From Candidatus Woesearchaeota archaeon (GTDB taxonomy: Archaea; Nanobdellota; Nanobdellia; CAYMVK01; CAYYFB01): a stretch of 26,272 bases of DNA. The stretch lies in assembly GCA_964471255.1 (NCBI GenBank), contig CAYYFB010000005.1, positions 1 through 26,272 of the forward strand. The letters run 5' to 3'. The notes beneath the pieces were generated by a model. It saw only the letters and a program-made list of their open reading frames with translations, searched no databases and was not told where the DNA came from. A program made the position numbers and the translations under genes. Shown piece after piece: positions 8,117 through 16,911 of this stretch (its first letter is position 1; each line of letters opens with the position of its first letter).

Positions 8117-9427
8117 TCACCTCTTGGTAAGATGTTGTTTTAATGAAGATTTCAGTCTTTCGCTATCGTTCTTTAATAGTTCATCAAGTTCGCTTACTAA
8201 CCTATGTCCCTCTTCTACTAAGGCATCGAAGTTACGTGGGACTCTTATACCTATTGATTCAAGGGTTTCCCTAATTGATTTTTTAACAAACGTTACTATA
8301 TACTCGGAGCCTTCGTAGTAGAAGTGAGTGAATCTTGGCACTATGTTTAGCGACCAGTCGCTTAGCCATATACCCTTAATCATATCCTCCAGTGTGTAGC
8401 CGTGTCTTTTCGCATGTTCTAGTTCTTTCCTAAGCTCCGATAAAACCTCTTCTTCAGTCTTATCAGCAAACTCGTTGATTTCTATAATCTTTCCTAGCTC
8501 ATCCTCATACACTATATACTTTGGTTTTCCTTTCTTCTCCTTAAATGAGAAATATGTTGCTACTATACTGTCGAGAATCATTCCTGCTCTTGCTAGCTTA
8601 TACAACTGCATGAGTTTATTCCTTCTCTCCTTGCCAAGAATAGGCTCTAAATAGTTCATAACTCTCTCTACAATATCCTCGTCATAAATTCTCATGTGTG
8701 CTAATAACATAGCATCACTATCGCCCTCTTCGATAGAATATCTCAGTTGGTCGTAGAGTTCTCTTTCATCTTCGGTTTCGTCAATGAGGTGTCTAGGCGG
8801 ATAAGCAACAAGCACAATCTTTTCTAGTTCTCTGATTTTACGCCAAACCTCTTTATCCTCGCCACTCATAATTAATGCTTCGTCAATTACTCCTGAAGTA
8901 TTAACAGACTTATTGAGTAGCTTCTCACCGAAATCAACGTACTCTCTTATCACATCAACTAGTATCGGTTGTCCATTAACTTCTTTTGGAATATGCCTTA
9001 TGAGTATCTTATATAGTTCAGCTATTTCCCGAGCTGGTAGTCCGTCTCCATCAATGCCTGAACGCTCTCCAATGATGTAGGGTAAGCTGTTTAATATGAA
9101 CTCCCTTACTGCAATGTAGGGTATAGGGGCCTTCTTAACGTCTTTTGACATCTTAGCGGTTATACCTAACTCGACGATTGCATTGAATATATTGGCGAGC
9201 CTTATCAATAAAACCTCTAATATTGCTTTATAGATAGGGTTTTCTTCTATATTGCGTGGTAGACCGAATATAATTCCTTCAACAAGAGTCCATAAGTGCT
9301 CGCCAATTCTCCATTCATATATCATTGAGTCTCCGTATTTCTCACGTATCTCTCTAATAAGCTCGCTTACTTGGAATGATTTCGGCGTTATCTTTAGCCT
9401 ATACTTGCCTCTCTCCACTTGCTCCAA
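8117..9427 (-). CDS. Large hypothetical protein with N-terminal winged-helix-like region (5' end unresolved)
   Basis: 436-aa ORF. The same frame stays open upstream without a start codon ('KKGSILKFKDIHEEFVKNGIVFNIRHRGNTRRILRQLIEKGYLEQVERGKYRL', wHTH-like). A second frame carries a GTG at 9642. The two would join at the T6 run at 9549-9554. Confidence 0.6.
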   Translation of the reverse strand: MEQVERGKYRLKITPKSFQVSELIREIREKYGDSMIYEWRIGEHLWTLVEGIIFGLPRNIEENPIYKAILEVLLIRLANIFNAIVELGITAKMSKDVKKAPIPYIAVREFILNSLPYIIGERSGIDGDGLPAREIAELYKILIRHIPKEVNGQPILVDVIREYVDFGEKLLNKSVNTSGVIDEALIMSGEDKEVWRKIRELEKIVLVAYPPRHLIDETEDERELYDQLRYSIEEGDSDAMLLAHMRIYDEDIVERVMNYLEPILGKERRNKLMQLYKLARAGMILDSIVATYFSFKEKKGKPKYIVYEDELGKIIEINEFADKTEEEVLSELRKELEHAKRHGYTLEDMIKGIWLSDWSLNIVPRFTHFYYEGSEYIVTFVKKSIRETLESIGIRVPRNFDALVEEGHRLVSELDELLKNDSERLKSSLKQHLTKR

Positions 9428-9775
9428 ATACCCCTTCTCAATAAGTTGTCTTAATATTCTCCTCGTATTTCCCCTATGTCTAATGTTAAAGACTATTCCA
9501 TTCTTAACGAACTCCTCGTGTATATCCTTAAACTTTAGGATACTGCCCTTTTTTGTTGAAGGCTAGCTAACACATTTATTATCTTGCTAATTCTCCACTC
9601 ATTCTCAATGTAGCTTGGACGACCTCTATACACAGTCCACACCTGTAAATGTGAATAGCATAGAATCCTTAAATTGTTGCCTAAATTGATAACAAGTTGT
9701 CTATTCAAAATAGATATGCGAATTTAGACACTAATATTCTAGTAACAGAGATGTTGATTGAAAGGTGGGGACTTG

Positions 9776-10780
9776 ATGGCTGATTCGCCTATAATAACGT
9801 TCATCTTGCAATTGGTAATACCTTGGATTGTTTATCTCATACTAGTTTTTATGCTTGCATGGTATTACAGAGAATACGTTAAGGGCGGTGCTAGATGGTG
9901 GATGTCTATAGTTAAGCTGTTCCTTATAGGATTCTCGGCTGTTATGTTTCTTTATGGTTTTTCTATCGTGTACAGTATAGTTGGAACTTCTGTTTTATAC
10001 CCTCTTACGATGGCTGTCGCTATGGCTGGTCTTATTGTATATAGGGTTAGGGTGGGTAATTATGGTTGCGAAAAGGAGGAAGAGCGGGAAATAAATGGTG
10101 TTAAATACGTTCTATGCTATACTGATGTTATTAATGCTTGGTATAATCAAAGAACCGGGAAAATCTATGTGAGTAAAGCATTAGCTGAACGCCTAACAGA
10201 TAATGAGCTTAAAGCCGTTATATATCATGAAGAGGGCCATGCTCGGAATAAATGGCTAGGCCGTATATCTACGTTTCTATTTGGGTTGTGGATATTTGCT
10301 TTAGCGGGTATAATGGTTATCCTAGTTCTCTTATGGAGGTCTCCTCTTTCTGTACAGCAGTTCTTAACCGGGATTAGTGTTGTATATGGCGTTGCATCCA
10401 TTCTCACACTATGTGCGATTGTTCCTAGCTGGATTGCCGAACATGAATCTGATAGAAGGGCTTTGGAAAAAGCTGGCTTGAATCCAATAATCAATGCTCT
10501 CATAAAAGTCAATGTCTATGGAACATTAAAGAGCGCAGGACTCCTTGGAATGGTTGATGTATGCCAAATAAAGAATATAGAGAATCCACAAGAGATACGT
10601 GAGAGGATTGGCTCGTTTACTATGCTGACTCTCATATTGCTAACCTATGGACTGATGTTTCCAAAATGGATAGGAGAATATGTACAAAAGCCTATCTATT
10701 ACACTCATCCTTCTCTCAAGCTTAGAATTGCCCTATTATTGCACCAAGCAGAGACTATCAAGAAAAGTAAAGACACCTAG
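9776..10780 (+). CDS. Polytopic membrane Zn-metalloprotease (M48/M56-like, HExxH)
   Basis: 'AVIYHEEGHARNKW' (HExxH) and a downstream 'AEHESDRRA' (candidate third ligand Glu) sit among several TM segments. ATG 9776 is preferred over TTG 9758 because an AGGTGGGG motif lies upstream. Confidence 0.7.
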   Translation: MADSPIITFILQLVIPWIVYLILVFMLAWYYREYVKGGARWWMSIVKLFLIGFSAVMFLYGFSIVYSIVGTSVLYPLTMAVAMAGLIVYRVRVGNYGCEKEEEREINGVKYVLCYTDVINAWYNQRTGKIYVSKALAERLTDNELKAVIYHEEGHARNKWLGRISTFLFGLWIFALAGIMVILVLLWRSPLSVQQFLTGISVVYGVASILTLCAIVPSWIAEHESDRRALEKAGLNPIINALIKVNVYGTLKSAGLLGMVDVCQIKNIENPQEIRERIGSFTMLTLILLTYGLMFPKWIGEYVQKPIYYTHPSLKLRIALLLHQAETIKKSKDT

Positions 10781-10816
10781 AATAAGATGATAAAATAATC
10801 CTTAGAGGCGAATAAT

Positions 10817-11188
10817 ATGGGGCCGCCCGCACTGAAGCATCCGGAGTGGTTTCTCCGGAACATTGTTAATCGGTCACTTAGTATGATAAAGTACGGTAGA
10901 CCGCCGAGGATGATTCGGTTAGTGCCCGGCCTCGCTATCCCGGAGTACATGGGTTTCCTACTAGTCCTCTGCGAGCCAGTAGGCTACGCCCGGAGAGCGG
11001 TGGAGGCTGGAGACCTCCTAAGGATAGACTACCATCCACCCTACCTAGAGCTACGGTGCAGAGACGTAGAGAAAACAGTCGAGGAGGCCCGGTGGAGGCT
11101 GAGAGTCTACAGGGGCAAAAACCACATCACAATAACAGACGGCACCTACAAAGCAAGAATATATCTAGAATGCTGGAAGAAACAATGA
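10817..11188 (+). CDS. Hypothetical protein (G+C-rich gene)
   Basis: 123-aa ORF with no competing ORF. Its codon composition differs from that of its neighbours. No motif recognised. Confidence 0.45.
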   Translation: MGPPALKHPEWFLRNIVNRSLSMIKYGRPPRMIRLVPGLAIPEYMGFLLVLCEPVGYARRAVEAGDLLRIDYHPPYLELRCRDVEKTVEEARWRLRVYRGKNHITITDGTYKARIYLECWKKQ

Positions 11189-11666
11189 TATAGCTAATAA
11201 ACTTAACCATAATAATCTTAGTCAAATGACGAAAGAAGAAATACAATGTCAATTCTTCAACAATAATGTCCCACATACACAACATTTCTTACTATGTTAC
11301 TAGAATTATTGCGTACATATATTGAGCTGACGTGCCTTATCTAGCAAGTCTATAGGAGAACGTATTAAGCGGGTATTTGAATTCACATATTATCTTGGCG
11401 ATAATATTGCTCTTTGAATATGAGGTAATAGAATAAAGAAGAGTTCCTCACGAGGATAGCAACAGGGAAGGCAAAGAAGCATTCCAGAAGCAAGAACCTC
11501 ATATTCAAATAACATGTAGATGAAGGGAGATTAGAAAACATGCTTCTCAAGACCAGTAAGATTCTGCGAACCTCCAATAATCTCGGTGCAACAAATAAGT
11601 AATTGATATTCTCGGTTTAGGCCTTATCATTTAGTTCAATATTGTGTTGAGATGTTGAGATATGTG

Positions 11667-12503
11667 CTATGGGTCTATGGGAATCTCATATATTTTGTCA
11701 AATGTTCTCAGGTCCTTGCTTACAGCTCTCTCCAGCTTTGTGATAATATTGTTTAATGAAATGTATATAGATGTGGTTACTATGTTTGACCCCAGTACAA
11801 CTAGTTCTATATTCGTATTTCTACATATTTCAATGTCCTTCATATCCTCGCCTATGTTCCGTTTGATTATTTCTGAAAGCTGTTCTGGTTCGTAGTATAC
11901 ATACGGTATATCTATTACGCTTACTGGTGTTCTAAAAGCTATGGATTCAATCGCCAAACTCTTCGGGTCAAGAACTACGTCTATGAGGTGAATGTAGGCT
12001 ATAGATGCCGTTGTTATCCAACCTACATGTCGCGATTCCCCACGTTCCGTTACCCATGGGTTAGCGAAGAATGGAGTGTAGTTAATATAGTAACGAACAG
12101 AATTGTCATCTTTGTGCAGGTATGCGTAGAGCATGGCTAGGGCTGTATGATTAAATGAAGGCCCCCGTTTTAGGAATAGAAAGTATCTTTGAAACTCAAC
12201 CCTCAGCAATACAGATACGAACACCTTGTCTTTATACTTAAAGGATTTTGAAGCAGGTGTTACGACAATAGCTTGAGGAACTGGTTTAACCCATGAGCTT
12301 TGTTGTAGCATTGTTATACCTAGGGTTAGGAGCGATGAACCCATAACAACAAATGCTTCAACAGGAGCCAGAATCCTTGTTAGGCTAAGAGCTAGCACCA
12401 AAGTACCTAAAATAAACAGTATTATAGATAGAAACGCTGTTAATGGGAACTCAGACCTCATTCTTAGCCTTATTGGGCCAGTATCTTTTTGCAATTCATC
12501 CAT
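11667..12503 (-). CDS. Hypothetical membrane protein (2 N-terminal TM helices plus soluble domain)
   Basis: 278-aa ORF. Hydrophobic segments 'LTAFLSIILFILGTLVLALSL' and 'VEAFVVMGSSLLTLGITML'. No family recognised. Confidence 0.55.
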   Translation of the reverse strand: MDELQKDTGPIRLRMRSEFPLTAFLSIILFILGTLVLALSLTRILAPVEAFVVMGSSLLTLGITMLQQSSWVKPVPQAIVVTPASKSFKYKDKVFVSVLLRVEFQRYFLFLKRGPSFNHTALAMLYAYLHKDDNSVRYYINYTPFFANPWVTERGESRHVGWITTASIAYIHLIDVVLDPKSLAIESIAFRTPVSVIDIPYVYYEPEQLSEIIKRNIGEDMKDIEICRNTNIELVVLGSNIVTTSIYISLNNIITKLERAVSKDLRTFDKIYEIPIDP

Positions 12504-12859
12504 ACCCTCCTGTAATATTTTAGCTAGAGCAACTATACGATTCCCACTATATTCTTATACTATAGTGTTTAACCATATTTAGCGAGTTAAGCAGGTTATC
12601 AGCGATAATCAACATGTTACTGCTATAATGGCTACATGCAGAACTACATAGATAAATCATTAACATTAATGAATAGCAGACACATTGCAGATTTATAACG
12701 TGGGGTGTCGCACAGCTTAAAAGGTTGCGACATAGCTTTAGGAATGTACTATTTATACGGACTATTAAGGAGTAATAATACTCAACGGATGAAAAACGTT
12801 CAGAAACAACCGTTGCCCGTAGTGCCTCACTCCCTGCTAGACCTGTCTAGTGCTTAGTG

Positions 12860-13320
12860 TTCATGGCCGGATTTCATTAAATTATCCCTATAGATACCTT
12901 GGCGGAATCCCTGTAGAAATCCGCCGGAATCTGTTGGAGCGAGACCCAGATTTCTTCACAGTTTCCGCCGCATTTCTATCCCAGAGCCCGGCGAACTTCT
13001 TAGGGGATAATCTCAAATTATCTATATAGATTCCATGCCGAAGACCCCTAGAGAAACCATAGGATTTAAGACTTCCATCTCCGCCGCAGTCCGCAGCGGA
13101 CCGGGGCTGATACCATCAACCGTGTAATAATTCTTATCGTAAGCCGGGATAATTTGATGATATCTAGGGGGATTCCATTGCGGAATCTATGGGGAAACAC
13201 GTTGGAAATCCTCGGGGAGCCCGGCAAGGTATCCGTTTTGTGGAAGGTAATAAAACGCAGCGGACGAAAGACGCTCAAAACAATTCGTGTGAAAAACATT
13301 ACGGATAGAATCCGACTAAA
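12860..13320. repeat. G+C-rich non-coding island with clustered short direct/inverted repeats (iteron-like array or structured RNA)
   Basis: GGAATC/GATTCC at 12904, 12926, 13029, 13171 and 13182. Palindrome GATTCC-ATTGC-GGAATC at 13171-13187. Hairpin GGCGGA..TCCGCC at 12901-12925. A 20-nt direct repeat at 12879-12898 vs 13015-13034 (17/20). ATTATCCC/GGGATAAT at 12881, 13004 and 13146. GATACCTTG (12893) vs CAAGGTATC (13225). Confidence 0.6.
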
Positions 13321-13542
13321 AACTATGCGTATAAAATAATAAAGGTAATGGTGCTGGGAATTATAATTTAAGCGATTGCTTTATGGTAGATTGTGAAAAA
13401 CATCAGATAATACTTTATCGAGTTTAGCTTTAATTTAAATGTGATGTTTCTTCAAGCGATTTGCTGGGATTATATATCTTGTTATATCTTTTAGAATTAC
13501 AGGTTATATTGAAGTTTATAAATATTATATCTATTGTTACTT

Positions 13543-13986
13543 ATGAGGAAGAGGGGGATAGTTAAAAATGGTGAACGATGCGTGAGGAAGTGGTCAGCAC
13601 AATTCATTCTGAAACCCATTTGTGAAGCCATTGCTGGGTTTCGTGGTGAATTAGTTTTTGGTGACTACAAGCTCTGGTTTGACGATAAAAAGTGGGTGTT
13701 TTATGGAGAAGTATCTAAGGAGCTAAATATAGAGGAACCTGACAAAGCTAGAAAGATACTTGCTGAAAGAATTGAGCAAGAATTACTACCATATCTCATA
13801 GTTGTTACTGGTTGCGGAATACAGTTTAACCCCGACAACATGAGTCTACGATACGAAAAGCTTGGAACTATAGGCATTGTAGTATCTAGTGTTGTTAGAA
13901 TCCATGCTGTAGTAGGGGTGAAGAGAACTCTCGAAGAGTTTAGAAAAGAGCTGGAACTATACATCGACGCAGCTAGAGGTTTTTGA
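13543..13986 (+). CDS. Hypothetical protein, probable N-terminal part of the downstream HEPN-like protein
   Basis: The ORF ends in a T5 run (13980-13984). Removing one T fuses it in frame to 14009-14395 ('...YIDAARGFDNIKREWFLRALRFW...'). Confidence 0.5.
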   Translation: MRKRGIVKNGERCVRKWSAQFILKPICEAIAGFRGELVFGDYKLWFDDKKWVFYGEVSKELNIEEPDKARKILAERIEQELLPYLIVVTGCGIQFNPDNMSLRYEKLGTIGIVVSSVVRIHAVVGVKRTLEEFRKELELYIDAARGF

Positions 13987-14008
13987 CAACATCAAGAGGG
14001 AATGGTTT

Positions 14009-14395
14009 TTGAGAGCACTAAGATTCTGGAATAAAGGCGCAACAGAGGAGGACCCTATAGACAAGTTCATAGATATCTACATCGCATTAGAGATTTTTGC
14101 GAAGCGAATCCTTGGTTATAGTGATTTGAACGAACATGTAATAAACGAGCTGGAGAAGAGATTTGGTATTAGCTTTAAGTATAAAATCAATAACAAAGAA
14201 TGGAGCGTTTGCGATATAAGAAATCACCTTCTCCACGGTGGAGCTTGTAGTGCAGAAAAGGTTAAAATACTAGATGAAGTCATTGAAGCAGCTGATAAGA
14301 TAAGTAATAGATTTAAGAGAGATGCCCTAGACCTATTTAAAATATATCTAAAACAACAGGTATCAAGAAACAACTCTCCAATCATTAATAATTAA
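14009..14395 (+). CDS. HEPN-domain-like protein (candidate RNase, R-N-x-x-x-H motif)
   Basis: 'CDIRNHLLHGG' matches the HEPN Rx4-6H (RNxxxH) signature in an all-helical context ('DKFIDIYIALEIFAKRILG'). The frame is open upstream to 13943 with no ATG. Confidence 0.5.
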   Translation: MRALRFWNKGATEEDPIDKFIDIYIALEIFAKRILGYSDLNEHVINELEKRFGISFKYKINNKEWSVCDIRNHLLHGGACSAEKVKILDEVIEAADKISNRFKRDALDLFKIYLKQQVSRNNSPIINN

Positions 14396-14816
14396 CAACT
14401 AATAATTTATGTTAATAACCACATTATATAGTACTATTACATATAATAAGAATTCCCACTCATTATCAAACTTGTTTAAGACAATCGATATATCATTTAT
14501 AGAAGGGTTTCTCCTTCTAATGATTCTTCTCTTAATGTTGTAATTACTGTATCATGCTTTCTATGTAAGCACAAACAGGCTGTTGGACTTATTAATACTT
14601 CTTAGGGTGGGGGCTCCTTCAAAAATTCCTTTGCCAGTAAAGTCTCTCTTTGAGTAGACTAAAGATTTTTGTTGAATCCGCATGATGGGGCGCCTCCAAT
14701 TATATTGAAGATATCATATACTAGAAATAATATAAATATAAGATACATAGTTTAGGGCTTGGCGTCATCGTTTTGGACTAGTCTTTAGTGATTCGGTCGA
14801 AGATACTAAGTGATTT

Positions 14817-15548
14817 TCAGGACTCGTTCTCATCGTGTTGTTCAGATTCGTAGATGTTTTTGCTAGTTCTTCTAGTTGAAGATGGTGAAGATATGCCGAG
14901 TGCTCGTAGTCCATCCATGTCATTGCCTGTTTTTAGCCCAAGCACTAGATTTTCGAGTTGTGGTATCGCTTTCTTAGCAAGTAGCTGAAGTTTACCTACA
15001 TTAACGGCATGTAATTCTGGGTCAGGTGTAGGTATAATGATAATGTATTTAACTTTCTTTCTTGGAAACATTACTGACAAATAGAAAACTCTCGCTGGAG
15101 TTCTATAGAATATGTAGTCAATAACATTAACTGAGCCGAATCTTTTCATAAACTCTGTTAGAACATCTCTCCTCAACGACATTGATGCTTGGCTTTCCAA
15201 AAGCCGGGTTAGCGGATATATGCCGAGCGGTGTTGGGTAGCATCGGTACATATCACAGAAGACAAGCTCGGTTATCCGCCTGGATGGGGTTGAGTCAAAT
15301 AATCTACTCAGAATTAATTCTATAAAATTTATTGGAAATTTCATAACTTTTCCAGAATTCTTGTCTTGGTCTTTCATACACTCCTCCAAAATATATAGTC
15401 CACAATAATTCCTTCTTTTTGCATACTCTCTAGTATATATATAAATTCCATAAACAGTCTTTCTGCCTAACGTACACCTACCCCTAATTTCCAACAAGTC
15501 GCTATATTCATTTAGTGAGTAGTCTATTTGTACGGGTTCTTCTGACAT
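14817..15548 (-). CDS. Hypothetical protein (operon gene 4)
   Basis: 243-aa ORF. It overlaps the 3' end of the upstream gene by 41 nt. The C-terminal tail is acidic and Ser-rich. No family recognised. Confidence 0.55.
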   Translation of the reverse strand: MSEEPVQIDYSLNEYSDLLEIRGRCTLGRKTVYGIYIYTREYAKRRNYCGLYILEECMKDQDKNSGKVMKFPINFIELILSRLFDSTPSRRITELVFCDMYRCYPTPLGIYPLTRLLESQASMSLRRDVLTEFMKRFGSVNVIDYIFYRTPARVFYLSVMFPRKKVKYIIIIPTPDPELHAVNVGKLQLLAKKAIPQLENLVLGLKTGNDMDGLRALGISSPSSTRRTSKNIYESEQHDENES

Positions 15549-16212
15549 TTTTGCACCTGAAAGGATAAACTACTATAGACCTGTATCTGTTGGCAAATCC
15601 TAGAAATAACTTATCAACAGACAAGCCCGTATATCTCCTTAGCTCATTTACAAATATAATAGGTACCAGGCCAGACATCAAATTAGATAAAACATATACT
15701 CGCTTAGGCTTATTTATCCGGATAATCTTATCAAGAGCGTCCGGAGATATGGAACACAACACTCGTTGTTGCTTATTAGCAAATATATTCTTCATAGGAC
15801 ACTCAGGGATATTAGTAACTCTTAGCCGCATCCAAACGCTTTTGTCATACCTCCTAACTGAAGAATAAGATAGCCATATCATTCTTTTTTCTCCACCAGA
15901 AAATACTTCTTCCTCACTTATCTCGTTCCTCCTGATTTTATCACATAATACCTTCTTACCGGCAAAAAGTAAGTAGGTACCATGTTTAATTTCATTTGTA
16001 TCAAAATCAATAGGCTTTAATCTGAATTCGTTGAGAAAATCAGCTCTTATGCCTATAAATTCTCCTGTTTCTTCAATAAAGTAGTCGTTGACGAAGATAA
16101 ATGCGATGTTTCTTAGTTCTCCACTCTTCATCGCCACCCTATATAGCCACCATGCATAGTAGAGTCTACGCAGTACAGTATTATGTTTTCGGCAAGAGCT
16201 ACGACCATTCAT
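15508..16212 (-). CDS. Hypothetical protein (operon gene 3)
   Basis: Long ORF. ATG 16212 ('MNGRSSCRKH') is preferred over the tracked TTG 16266. It overlaps the upstream 77-aa gene by 14 nt. Confidence 0.55.
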   Translation of the reverse strand: MNGRSSCRKHNTVLRRLYYAWWLYRVAMKSGELRNIAFIFVNDYFIEETGEFIGIRADFLNEFRLKPIDFDTNEIKHGTYLLFAGKKVLCDKIRRNEISEEEVFSGGEKRMIWLSYSSVRRYDKSVWMRLRVTNIPECPMKNIFANKQQRVLCSISPDALDKIIRINKPKRVYVLSNLMSGLVPIIFVNELRRYTGLSVDKLFLGFANRYRSIVVYPFRCKNVRRTRTNRLLTK

Positions 16213-16432
16213 CCCAAAATAATTCTCTTGCTTCTTTAGCCCAATTGATAACGTAGTCGAATTCAAATTGCATTACGCTTTTATTAATTTTGTGAACTAT
16301 GTTTTCCCTAAGCTCTTCCTCCGTTACTGGCTCGGCTACTATTATGCCAAACCGATAACTTGGTAATAACGCTAGTCCACGTAATTTATGTGGGTTTTTC
16401 TTCATCCACCAATAAGCTTCTCTGAAATTCAT
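16199..16432 (-). CDS. Small hypothetical protein (operon gene 2)
   Basis: 77-aa ORF preceded by an A/T-rich TATA-like 'ACATATATG' about 30 nt upstream. It overlaps the next gene's start. Confidence 0.5.
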   Translation of the reverse strand: MNFREAYWWMKKNPHKLRGLALLPSYRFGIIVAEPVTEEELRENIVHKINKSVMQFEFDYVINWAKEARELFWDEWS

Positions 16433-16533
16433 GATTACCGTGGTATTCGTTTCACATATATGTAATGCCAGTTATGTGGCCAAGAAGCGAAGGGGCAGAC
16501 CCGTGCCCGTGCCGGTACTTCTAGATAATCCTG

Positions 16534-16911
16534 TTAAAAATTAGGACCTATACCAGGATGGTCTTGGAAAGCATGGTATTCGGCATGGTCATCTATCTTC
16601 TTTAAACACTTCATAAGATTGTCAATATCTATTCTAACTAGCTTGGCTTTATCTCCTAGAACAGCTTTATACATAGGGCCCCTGCGAGTGAATGAAATTT
16701 TATAGTAGAATTCACCTACGTATAGTCTTTCTAAAAAGTCAACTACAGCATTAGGAGATTTTACTCGATACAGTTTTACAGAATCCGGGAGAACCGTCCA
16801 GAGCACATCTATATCTATTCTATCCCTTGGGATAACCACGTATCTATATGAACCCGTCTTTCGCATAATAACCCCTACTAGTATTCCCTCACACTTCTGC
16901 ATAACCTGCAT
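16534..16911 (-). CDS. Hypothetical protein (operon gene 1)
   Basis: 125-aa ORF, first gene downstream of the 400-bp divergent intergenic region. Confidence 0.5.
   Translation of the reverse strand: MQVMQKCEGILVGVIMRKTGSYRYVVIPRDRIDIDVLWTVLPDSVKLYRVKSPNAVVDFLERLYVGEFYYKISFTRRGPMYKAVLGDKAKLVRIDIDNLMKCLKKIDDHAEYHAFQDHPGIGPNF

Noticed and set aside
11383-11577. 64-aa minus-strand ORF.
   Set aside because: It spans the 14-bp inverted repeat and internal hairpin. The sequence is low-complexity with no start context.
13190-13211. Origin recognition box (ORB)-like element GGAAACACGTTGGAAATCC.
   Set aside because: It is a direct GGAAA repeat. It is not the TTCCA-N-TGGAA dyad of Sulfolobus-type ORB/mini-ORB sites, and no Orc1/Cdc6 gene is nearby.
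13066-13339. ORFs 13066-13299 (-) and 13154-13339 (+) inside the G+C-rich repeat island.
   Set aside because: They overlap each other on opposite strands. Both owe their 'GIPL' peptides to the GATTCC/GGAATC palindromes. A third long open frame (12859-13027) has no start codon. The repeats explain the region better than coding does.
14600-14700. 41-codon minus-strand ORF (MRIQQKSLVYSKRDFTGKG...) with a GGAGG upstream in the 14396-14816 spacer.
   Set aside because: It is short and followed by further open fragments in other frames. It is possibly a decayed gene remnant, but nothing is recognisable enough to annotate.
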